A stretch of DNA of 64,000 bases from Planctomycetota bacterium. GTDB taxonomy: Bacteria > Planctomycetota > PLA2 > JAEUHO01. The notes beneath the pieces are model-generated. The model searched no databases and had not been told where the DNA came from. It saw nothing but the letters and a program-made list of their open reading frames with translations. Positions 18,708-27,132 of this stretch are shown one piece after another. The stretch is taken from contig CBDCWP010000041.1 in the NCBI GenBank assembly GCA_965223505.1, positions 100,994-164,993 of the forward strand. Direction: 5' to 3'. Made by a program: the position numbers and the translations under genes. The number at the start of each line of letters is the position of its first letter. The first letter of the stretch is position 1.

Positions 18708-21023
18708 ATGTTCCTGAAACGCGAGAAACTGTTCGTGAGCTACGCGAGCGACAACGACAGCTTCGTTCGAGACGAGGTGCTCCCGCAAGTCAAGCGCGGG
18801 AGGCGCGACCCGTGGTTCGCGCCGAAGAACATGGACGGCGGCGTCAACTGGCGCATGGAGCTGCTCGACGGGTTGGAGACCTGCGATCGCCTCCTCGTCG
18901 TGGTGTCGAGAGAGTCTCAAGCCAGCGACTACGTCCGAGACGAGGTCGCCCATGCCGCCAGGCGGCTGCTGGAGAAGCGGGCTAGGCTCGACGCGCGACG
19001 GGTCCACAGAGCCATCCTACCGGTGAAGCTCGATCCCCGTGACGAGTTCGGGCAGACGCCGGAAGACCGCGACCTGCGAGAGGGCAACCCGCAAGCCGAC
19101 GTCAATCCCTATCAGATCCATCCATACCTGACACTCGTCAACTACATCGAGATGCCGCACAGCGCGGCGCTGAACAAGAAGCTCGACCCCGAGACGGGGC
19201 GCTATCTGCACGATCCCGGCGAACTGACGCGGGCGCAGCGCGAGTCGATCCGTGAGTACGTGGAACAGCGCACTGAAGCGCGGGAACGCCTGCTCAAGGC
19301 GATTCGAAACCCGGATGTCCTGCATTGGGGCTTCAAACGATTCGGCCGGATGCTCGCGACGTTCGCGAGTCCGACGTTCCAGCGCTTCGCGCTCGCGTTC
19401 GGCGTCGTCGTTGCGATCTTCGCACTGCTACAGCTGCCGACGAGTCTCTTCTGGAGCGACGAGGTCGTGGACGTCGCACGTGCACCGTCGCTTCGCATCA
19501 CAGCCAACGGAACGACCCTTCCGGTCGATCGGGTGGCCGCCGCGCAAGGCATCCCCCTCGATCTGCGCGACGGTCCGATGAACCTGCTCATCGAAGCGCG
19601 CACCCGCGACGGGGAACCGGCCCGAGCCAGCATCACGTTTCGTCCCGACGCGGAGGCTCTGGCGGCCGCGCAGCCGCACGTGCCGCCGGCCGATGATGGC
19701 GCAACGTCGGACGTGACCGAGGTCGAGCCCGCAGCGACGCTCGACCAACCTACGTACGAAGCGACGGCGCCGACGATCGAGTACCGACTCGAGCGGAGCG
19801 GCGCTTGGAAGCAGCTCGCCGAGGGAGCGGGCATTCCGGTCGGGCCCGGCGACACCCCGCTCTACATCCGGTCCAGCGCCGGCGGCGATCCCACCTCGAC
19901 CCACGCGATCCTGCAGCCGGAACCCAGCGCGCAAGCGCCCACGAAATCAGACCCGGCACAGGACCCGCGCAAGTCCACCGAGACCCATTCCACAGAGACG
20001 CCGACGCTGCCCGACGTCCGGATCGTCTTCGAGACGACGCCGAAGACCGCGTTGGTGGATTCCGAGAGCGGGTTGCGCATCGACGTGGGTGCGCAGATCC
20101 AGCTCATGGCGCGGGCCGAGACGATGGACGGCACGGTGCTCGAGCGTGCCGCGGTGACGCTGAACCCGCTGGCGCCTTCGATCGAGTTCATCAAGATGAC
20201 GCAAGGCGACGACGGCAAGTGGGACGAGGAGCCTTTGGTAGGCGCCGACGAACAGGCGCTTCGTTCGGGGCGCCCGATTCCGACGCTTTCCGTGGAAGCG
20301 GATGACGTCACGAGGCTCGGCATGCGCGTGACCGATGGCGCCGGCAAGCTCACCGCGCGTTACGTCACGCTCGACGCCGTACCTCCGCCGCTCAGCGACA
20401 CCGAGATCAAGGTCCAGTTCCTGGTGCCACTCTTGGACGGATTCCCTCGGACCCAGAAGGTGAAGACGGTCGATGGCTCGGTGGAGTGGAGCAAGATCCC
20501 GGACGTCGCCTTCCCGATCGGCGCGGACGACCCGGTGCTGCAGGTCGTCGCGCGCGCTCCCGGGGGCAAGTGGGCCACCCGGCGCGTTCGCATTCGACCG
20601 CCCGGCGTGACCAAGACATTGCCGCCGATCGAGACGGATCGCGTCGTCGAGGCGCCGCCCGCCGTGCCGGCTCCGGTGATCAAGATCTACAAGGCGGTGC
20701 AACGCGAGCGGGCGCCGGAGTGGATCGACGTGTGGGGCAGCTTCGATCGTCCGGCGACGGCGCTGTCGCTCAACCGCTTCGACATCAGCCGTTACATCCT
20801 GAATCCGGAACGCATGCGTTTCCGCCTGACGATTCGAACGGGCCAGGTCCTGAACCTGCGCCGCCCGATGGTCTTCGAGATGCTGGACGAGCACGGACTC
20901 ACCGCCTGCGCGACGCTGGTGCCCGTCATCGTGCCGGTCACGGTCACTGTGCCCGTGCCGGTGCCGGTGCCCGGCGACGACGGCGGACTCGAACACGGCG
21001 ACCTGTTCTTCGACGACGGCTAG
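18708..21023 (+). CDS. TIR domain - TM helix - repeated Ig-like ectodomain protein
   Basis: TIR_2 motifs LFVSYAS, PWF, LLVVVSRES..SDYVRDEV; TM FALAFGVVVAIFALLQL; about 6 beta-rich modules. Confidence 0.85.
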   Translation: MFLKREKLFVSYASDNDSFVRDEVLPQVKRGRRDPWFAPKNMDGGVNWRMELLDGLETCDRLLVVVSRESQASDYVRDEVAHAARRLLEKRARLDARRVHRAILPVKLDPRDEFGQTPEDRDLREGNPQADVNPYQIHPYLTLVNYIEMPHSAALNKKLDPETGRYLHDPGELTRAQRESIREYVEQRTEARERLLKAIRNPDVLHWGFKRFGRMLATFASPTFQRFALAFGVVVAIFALLQLPTSLFWSDEVVDVARAPSLRITANGTTLPVDRVAAAQGIPLDLRDGPMNLLIEARTRDGEPARASITFRPDAEALAAAQPHVPPADDGATSDVTEVEPAATLDQPTYEATAPTIEYRLERSGAWKQLAEGAGIPVGPGDTPLYIRSSAGGDPTSTHAILQPEPSAQAPTKSDPAQDPRKSTETHSTETPTLPDVRIVFETTPKTALVDSESGLRIDVGAQIQLMARAETMDGTVLERAAVTLNPLAPSIEFIKMTQGDDGKWDEEPLVGADEQALRSGRPIPTLSVEADDVTRLGMRVTDGAGKLTARYVTLDAVPPPLSDTEIKVQFLVPLLDGFPRTQKVKTVDGSVEWSKIPDVAFPIGADDPVLQVVARAPGGKWATRRVRIRPPGVTKTLPPIETDRVVEAPPAVPAPVIKIYKAVQRERAPEWIDVWGSFDRPATALSLNRFDISRYILNPERMRFRLTIRTGQVLNLRRPMVFEMLDEHGLTACATLVPVIVPVTVTVPVPVPVPGDDGGLEHGDLFFDDG
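20979..21021 (+). repeat. 43-bp direct repeat, copy 1 (3' end of TIR gene)
   Basis: gacggcggactcgaacacggcgacctgttcttcgacgacggct; 40/43 identical to 24397-24439. Confidence 0.9.
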
Positions 21024-21361
21024 CCCCGTTCTCGACGTAGGCGACGCGACGTTCGGGGGCCGTGTGGCCCCGGCGGTCATGCTGTTCGCCATCGCGCTCT
21101 TCGCCGCGTCGCTTCTATGCGTCAGCGACGCCAGCGTCCCCGATCCGCAGGGGCCGAAACGGACGACCAGCGTTGGCACTACCGACCGGCCGAATCCGTA
21201 CTCGTGCGTGGCCGCATCGTCGCGCGCGAAACAGAGGGGCCGAAATGAGCCATGGGAACAGACGGGTGGCGACGGATGGACCTGCCGCCGGGGATCCGCA
21301 CGTCCCCACGAAGCAACCGGGCGACATGGGTGGGACGAGTGCGACCTCACCAGGCGGAAAG

Positions 21362-24361
21362 GTGTTCGTACGCCCCGCTGTCACGCGCGCTCTGCTGCGC
21401 AGCGCGGTCGTCGGCGGCTTGGTCGTATTGACCGCGCTGCCGGCGCGGGCGGACCGTGCGGAGAAAGAGGAAGTTGGCGGCGTTCTCCTGAGCTTGTTCA
21501 TGGGCGGATTCGGACACTCGGATCCGGACATGGAGCTGCCCGCCTCCGACGCGTGGCTCGCGCTCCGTAGCCAGCGCAACCTGGCGTTGGACGAGCCGAT
21601 CGACGAGGTGATGAACCTGGCGTCACACAACGCCTTCAACGCCATGCGCCACGGATTCACCAGGGCGCCGCCGTGGGCGCCCAACCAGATCATGAGCATC
21701 GACGAACAGTTGACCCTGGGGTCGCGGCTGATCGAGCTCGACATTCACGACAACGACTTCTCGGGCAACGGTGATACGCGGCTGCGCGTCTACCACTCGG
21801 ATCCCCTGGCCGGCTCCATGCTCGTCGGGCAAGCCTTGGCCAGGGTCGGCCCCTGGATGCGCAAGCACCCCAACGCCGTCGTGTTCTTGGACTTCGAAGA
21901 TGCGACCGGTGGACCGGAGGGCGCGGACCCCGATCGGTCGATCGATCTCGCGCTGCGGGCGCAGTTCGGCGATCCCGAGAAGGAGAACGCCAACTCGATG
22001 ATATTCACACCCGAGGACCGCCGTGCACTCGGACGGTGGCCGTCCCGCCGCGAGCTGATCGCGATGGGCAAGCGGTTGATCATCTTCTCGCACCGAAACG
22101 ACGACAAGAACGGACGCTTCGGAACGCGCGCGGCGTGGGACGACGCGGATGGGCATCGATGGTGGCAAGCAGGATTGTCGTTCTGGTCGCCGGAGGGTCG
22201 CGGCAACTTCCTGCAGGAGCCCGTGGACACTCTTCCCGCGCGAGTGATCGGCGAACCCTTGCTGCTACGAAAGCCGAAGGTTTTCACGTGCATGCAAAGC
22301 GACGGTCTGGACATCACCTTCTTGAGCTGGCACCTGATCCTCCCGAGCGTAGTCCTATATCCCTTCAGCACGGTGACACTTCTCGGCTTCCAAAAGGCCG
22401 TCGACTTGTACTTGGCAGGCATGGACGCCGAGCGCGCCAAGCCGGAACACGTGAGGTGGGCGGTCCGCAACAACGTCAACTTTCTGAAAATGGACTTCCT
22501 GTTCTGCCACGATGAAGATGCGGGGTTGGGCACGGACTTGACCTTCGATGACGCCTACGAGATGCAGTCGGAGTCACGGATCGGGCGCCTGCAGGCCATG
22601 GTTTGGAGCTGGTTTCCGGGCGACGCCGCGGTTCAACGTCAGCTCTTCCAGGACCTTCAACCGGGTGACGGTTCAGGCGCTCGACTGCGTGACGACTTCG
22701 CGCTCCGGTGGCCGGCCGTCAACATGTTGGACTTCGAGGTGCGCGGTGACGCGGCGCGCAACAGCGGCCACGACTACGCGATGATGCTGCCGCTGGGAAC
22801 GTTCTCGAATCCTCAAGGACGCTGGTTCTCCGCGACGGCGGCCGGGCGGATCGTCATCGAGGGAACGCCGTTCGACTTCGGCCGGCGCCCGTTCGCCCTT
22901 CGATCGACGGAGCCCGATACGAACACACGGCGTTATCGCTGGCGCATCAGCGAGTTCATGGGTGACGCCGACGAAGCCGGAGACATTCCCGTGAGCGAGC
23001 TCTTGGACGAAGACGGGTACGTCTACGCGTACGGAGCGCCGGTGAACGGTCTGCAGAACGACGACCTCGCGCGCGCCCGGCTGGAGAGCACCGACGGCGT
23101 GGCCAATCTGCCCGTGTGGATCAACGTCCACGACACCGATCGCGACGGCCACTGGAGCCCCAACGAGGGCATCGAGGCGCCCCCTCCCCCGATCATCGTC
23201 CATTGTCCGCCGGACATCACACTGGAGTGCGGCACGGCCCTGGGTCCCGTGGCCGCCGGTTGGGCTACGGTCACTGCCGACGTCGCGACGACGCTCGTGT
23301 ACACCGACACCGTCATCCAGGGGTACGGTTGCGCCGGCAACTACGAGATCGAGAGAGAATGGCGCGCAAGCGCGGCCGGCAGAGCGGACGGGACGTGTAC
23401 CCAGCGCATCTACGTGCGGGACACGACGCCTCCCGAGGTGGCACTCAATGGAGGGGCGTTCGTCGTCGTCGAATGCGGTACCGGTCCGTGGGACGACCCC
23501 GGCATCACGGCCCAGGATTCATGCGACGAGGGCCCGCTTCAGGTTGTGGTCGGCGGCTCCACGGTGCTGTGGGACCGGGTCGGTACGTACGTGCGCACCT
23601 ACTACGCGCTGGACGACTGCGGGAATGCTTCCGCGACGCTTCGACGCACGATCGTGATCGTCGACACACAGCCGCCGGTCGTGACCCTGAACGGCCCCGC
23701 GGAGATGTTCGTGGAGTGCGGCGTTCAGCTCTACGTGGAATTCGGCGCCGGCGCCTACGACCTCTGCGAGGGAGCGATCGCTAGCATCGAGATCGAGGGG
23801 CTCGTCGAGACGACCCGGGTCGGCACGTACTACATCGGCTACACCGCCAGCGACTCCAGGGGGAACAAGAGCGCGCAGGTGCTTCGGACGATCCATGTCC
23901 GCGACACGCTCCCACCGCAGCTAGCGTGCAAGGTCGATGTCGACGTCATGTGGCCGCCTGACGGCAAGCTCCGAGAGGTCGGGCTCGTCGCGGCTGCCTC
24001 CGATGTGTGCGACGGGGCCGTTCCGTTGCACCTCTACGTGTACAGCCGAACGCCTCATGGTCCGGCACCGCGTGCGCCGGACGCCACCACGGGCCCGACC
24101 CTGCCCTCGCTCGCGCTGCGCGCCGAGGCCTCGAAGCCGGGACTGGGACGCATCTACCTGATTGCGCTGGTGGCGAGGGACGCCAGTGGAAACGAAACGG
24201 TCTGCTGTGAGTCGGTGGTCGTGCCGCTGCGCCGGTCACCGGGCTCGGTCATCCAGCTGAGGGAAGACGCGACGACAGCGTGCCTCGCTTGCATCGAAGC
24301 CGGCGGCGTGCTCGACCCGAGCTCAGGCTGGATCCTGCTGCGAGCGGACCAGTTCCAGTGA
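21362..24361 (+). CDS. Secreted PI-PLC X-domain-like phosphodiesterase with HYR/DUF5011-like Ig repeats (start uncertain, 21246-21362)
   Basis: Signal peptide ending LPARA-D; SHNAF, NQIMSIDEQLTLGSRLIELDIH, VYH; repeats DTTPPEVALNG / DTQPPVVTLNG / DTLPPQL. Confidence 0.8.
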   Translation: MFVRPAVTRALLRSAVVGGLVVLTALPARADRAEKEEVGGVLLSLFMGGFGHSDPDMELPASDAWLALRSQRNLALDEPIDEVMNLASHNAFNAMRHGFTRAPPWAPNQIMSIDEQLTLGSRLIELDIHDNDFSGNGDTRLRVYHSDPLAGSMLVGQALARVGPWMRKHPNAVVFLDFEDATGGPEGADPDRSIDLALRAQFGDPEKENANSMIFTPEDRRALGRWPSRRELIAMGKRLIIFSHRNDDKNGRFGTRAAWDDADGHRWWQAGLSFWSPEGRGNFLQEPVDTLPARVIGEPLLLRKPKVFTCMQSDGLDITFLSWHLILPSVVLYPFSTVTLLGFQKAVDLYLAGMDAERAKPEHVRWAVRNNVNFLKMDFLFCHDEDAGLGTDLTFDDAYEMQSESRIGRLQAMVWSWFPGDAAVQRQLFQDLQPGDGSGARLRDDFALRWPAVNMLDFEVRGDAARNSGHDYAMMLPLGTFSNPQGRWFSATAAGRIVIEGTPFDFGRRPFALRSTEPDTNTRRYRWRISEFMGDADEAGDIPVSELLDEDGYVYAYGAPVNGLQNDDLARARLESTDGVANLPVWINVHDTDRDGHWSPNEGIEAPPPPIIVHCPPDITLECGTALGPVAAGWATVTADVATTLVYTDTVIQGYGCAGNYEIEREWRASAAGRADGTCTQRIYVRDTTPPEVALNGGAFVVVECGTGPWDDPGITAQDSCDEGPLQVVVGGSTVLWDRVGTYVRTYYALDDCGNASATLRRTIVIVDTQPPVVTLNGPAEMFVECGVQLYVEFGAGAYDLCEGAIASIEIEGLVETTRVGTYYIGYTASDSRGNKSAQVLRTIHVRDTLPPQLACKVDVDVMWPPDGKLREVGLVAAASDVCDGAVPLHLYVYSRTPHGPAPRAPDATTGPTLPSLALRAEASKPGLGRIYLIALVARDASGNETVCCESVVVPLRRSPGSVIQLREDATTACLACIEAGGVLDPSSGWILLRADQFQ

Positions 24362-24396
24362 GAGGCCCTGCGACGTCGCTCCGCGTGAACGCTACA

Positions 24397-24439
24397 GACG
24401 GCGGACTCGAACACGACGACCTGTTCCTCGACGGCGGCT
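24397..24439 (+). repeat. 43-bp direct repeat, copy 2 (intergenic)
   Basis: gacggcggactcgaacacgacgacctgttcctcgacggcggct. Confidence 0.9.
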
Positions 24440-24488
24440 GACCGTTGTCTTCCGACCGCGACCGCTTCCCACCCTGTACCCTGAAGGG

Positions 24489-24908
24489 ATGGATGCGATG
24501 AAGCAGTTGATATCGAGTGACCTTCAGACCCAGTGGAACGATCACTTTCACATGCGCGACCAGACGTGGAAGGTCGTCCAGTACTCGATTCTGTTCTTCC
24601 TCGGTGCCGTCGGGCTCGAGATCAAGGGCGTGGATCGCACCGTCTTGATCGCCGCCTACGCCGCCGTCGTCGTGACGAGCACATTCGGCGTGTTCATCGC
24701 CATGCACCACCGGCAGCGCCAGAAGGAGAAGTTCCAGATCATCGAGATCTACGAACGCGAGCTCGAGCTGGACACGCTGATCAAGCCCGTTCTCGACGCA
24801 GCCAACAAGACGTTCGTGGGCCGCGTGAACACGTCGGCGTACATCGTCGTCATGCAGCTCGCGATCGCCCTCGTCGCGGCCATGATGCTCGTGAGAGCGC
24901 TCCTCTAG
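24489..24908 (+). CDS. Small 3-TM membrane protein
   Basis: N-terminal helix, TM hairpin, charged helix, C-terminal TM; 139 aa. Confidence 0.8.
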   Translation: MDAMKQLISSDLQTQWNDHFHMRDQTWKVVQYSILFFLGAVGLEIKGVDRTVLIAAYAAVVVTSTFGVFIAMHHRQRQKEKFQIIEIYERELELDTLIKPVLDAANKTFVGRVNTSAYIVVMQLAIALVAAMMLVRALL

Positions 24909-24998
24909 CCGTCGACCTGACAGTCGACAGCCCCCACGGTGCGGTCGCGTGCGCCGGACGCCATGATCGACACCATACCGCCCCCCGAGGATGGAACG

Positions 24999-25682
24999 CT
25001 ACGGCAGGAACTGAGCAACGAGACTCGCGACGTTGAAGAGCCCACCTCCGACCGAGGCAAAGACGCCGCTCGCCGTATTGCTGTCGCCGCCGCTTACCGA
25101 CGAGGCGAAGCCGCTTGCCTCGTTGTCCTCGCCGCCGCTCACCGACGACGAGAAACCGCTCGCGACGTTCTTCGCGCCGCCGCTCACGGCGGCGAAGATC
25201 GCATTCGCGATGTTGTCCTCCCCTCCGCTCACCGAGGAGGCGAAACCGCTGGCCGTGTTGTTGCGCCCGCCGCTCACGCAAGCGTAGAGAGCGGATGTCT
25301 CGTTGGTCGTTCCGACCACGATCCCGCCGGCGCCGGAGTAGTTGTTCCTCTCGCCCACGACGAGCATGTGAGAGCCCGTGCGGTCGTTGTCCGAAGATCG
25401 AAGCTCTTGATACCCGATGATCACGTTGCCAAGCGCGTTCGTCGTTTCAGTTTCGCCCTCGCCGTTGACGACCTGGAGGTTGGCACCCGAGATCGTCATC
25501 GTGGTGCCGTTCGTCGTAACGAACTGCAGCTTCTCTGCGAGTGCCGCGTTCGCCGCTTCCAATGCCGCCACACGGCTCCCCAGGTCGGTGCCGGAACGGG
25601 TCCTTGCCTGCACCACCGACGGAACCACGAGAACGCCGATGACGGCGGCGATGAACACAGACAGGGGTACATTGGTTCGCAT
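24999..25682 (-). CDS. Secreted protein with coiled coil and 14-aa SVSGG repeats
   Basis: AAGGAGGT RBS; signal peptide; RVAALEAANAAL; about 6 repeats of A(S/N)GxxSSVSGGxxN. Confidence 0.85.
   Translation of the reverse strand: MRTNVPLSVFIAAVIGVLVVPSVVQARTRSGTDLGSRVAALEAANAALAEKLQFVTTNGTTMTISGANLQVVNGEGETETTNALGNVIIGYQELRSSDNDRTGSHMLVVGERNNYSGAGGIVVGTTNETSALYACVSGGRNNTASGFASSVSGGEDNIANAIFAAVSGGAKNVASGFSSSVSGGEDNEASGFASSVSGGDSNTASGVFASVGGGLFNVASLVAQFLP
25030..25285 (-). repeat. 42-bp-period coding tandem repeat
   Basis: Recurring ccgccgctcaccga...gcgaa..ccgct unit encoding SVSGG repeats. Confidence 0.8.
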
Positions 25683-25827
25683 GACACCTCCTTGCAACCG
25701 AGTAGGGTCGCAATATTGATTCCGGAGCTCCGACACCGTCAAGAGGAAACGAGCCTTCAACGACGCAAGTGCGTGCGCGATGTCGTGGACAGCGGTGCAG
25801 GAACCTCTCCTTCGCCCACCCGCATGC

Positions 25828-26460
25828 TCACTCCGCTCCTAAGCGTCCGGGGGGGACGGGCGGCCGCCAGAGGCCGCAGAGGCGCCAGCATCCGTACGCG
25901 ACGAAGGGGGCGACCAGCACGTCGACGACGTAGTGCGCATGCTGCCGGACCGTGAGGAGCGCAACCGCGGCGCCCGCGACGGCCAACAACGCGCGTTGAC
26001 CTCGCCGAGGCGCGGCGAACGCGAGAAGCAGCACCGTCGCCGTGTGGCCGGAGAAGAACAGGTCGCGGGTCAGCGCCGCGCCGGACGTCGCGAGCTCCAC
26101 GACCGGGTCGCGCAGCGGGATGATCTCGGGCGGCGGCTCGAGCGGCGTCACCGCCATCATCGCGATCCGAACCGCGACGATCACCACGTAGGCCTGAACC
26201 GCGCGCAACACCAGCGGCGGCCGGCACATGAGCACCGCCAGTCCGAAGACCAGCGAGGCGTAGATGATCGCGAACGTGACGATGCTCAGGTCGCGGGGCG
26301 TGAACAGCTCGAGAACGGGGTCGTCCAGGACCGCGCCCGGCCGCACCTCGTTCCATGCCATGAACGCCGCCTGTGCCGTCATGACGCCGACCAACGCGAC
26401 GCCGGTCAGCGCGAGCTCGACGCGGAACCGCGCTTCGGCCCATGACGCTCGCCACCCCAT
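25828..26460 (-). CDS. PAP2-related membrane enzyme, sphingomyelin-synthase-like (PAP2_C)
   Basis: DLFFSGHT and HYVVDVLVAPFVAY motifs; about 6 TM. Confidence 0.8.
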   Translation of the reverse strand: MGWRASWAEARFRVELALTGVALVGVMTAQAAFMAWNEVRPGAVLDDPVLELFTPRDLSIVTFAIIYASLVFGLAVLMCRPPLVLRAVQAYVVIVAVRIAMMAVTPLEPPPEIIPLRDPVVELATSGAALTRDLFFSGHTATVLLLAFAAPRRGQRALLAVAGAAVALLTVRQHAHYVVDVLVAPFVAYGCWRLCGLWRPPVPPGRLGAE

Positions 26461-26611
26461 GTCCGCATCCTACGCGGCGCGGAAGAACGACCCCAGGGCG
26501 CCGCTCGCGTCCTCGGTGCGAACACGTGCCAAGACGATTTTCACGTCGCACGCGCTCCCGTCCGAACGGCTCGCCTGCGACACTGTCGGCAACGACGATG
26601 GGAGACCGACG

Positions 26612-27100
26612 ATGACCACCCGCCTAGCTCTCGCCCTGCTGATCACGACCGCTCTGTGCTTCGGCGCGTGCGGCGGCGACGATCCCTCTACGGCACCCTC
26701 GCCGGAACCCGAGGGCGCCGGCGCGGCCGAGCCGACCAAGGCCGCGCTCGTGGCCGTTCTGCGCGACGTGCTCCAGGCCCTGGAGGCCGGCGACGCGGAC
26801 GCGGCCGTCCCGCACTTCATCCTTCCGGAGGGCATGAGCGCGGAAAAGGCGCGCGCGGGCGTGGGCGGCTTCCTCGAGAAGCGCGAGATCTCCGGCGCCG
26901 GCATCGACCGCCTGGAGAAGGACGGTCGCTACGGCACCCTGAAGGAGGTGTTCGCTGAGCGCGGGGAGAGCTGGGCCGAGCGCGCCGGCGCCGATCTCGG
27001 CAAGTGCTACGCGCTCTCGCTCGACGGCGCCGAAGTGGCGGCACTGTGGGACGGCAAGGCGTTCAAGCTCATTCGTCTCGACGACGTCGGCAAGCTCTAG
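26612..27100 (+). CDS. Hypothetical lipoprotein
   Basis: GGAG RBS; MTTRLALALLITTALCFGA|CGGDD. Confidence 0.8.
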   Translation: MTTRLALALLITTALCFGACGGDDPSTAPSPEPEGAGAAEPTKAALVAVLRDVLQALEAGDADAAVPHFILPEGMSAEKARAGVGGFLEKREISGAGIDRLEKDGRYGTLKEVFAERGESWAERAGADLGKCYALSLDGAEVAALWDGKAFKLIRLDDVGKL

Positions 27101-27132
27101 GGTCTACTTCGAACGACTCGGTTCACGCCGCC

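Noticed and set aside
25718..25726. gattccgga match to the tRNA-Cys T-arm as a possible attR
   Set aside because: Only 9 bp and no integrase; could easily be chance
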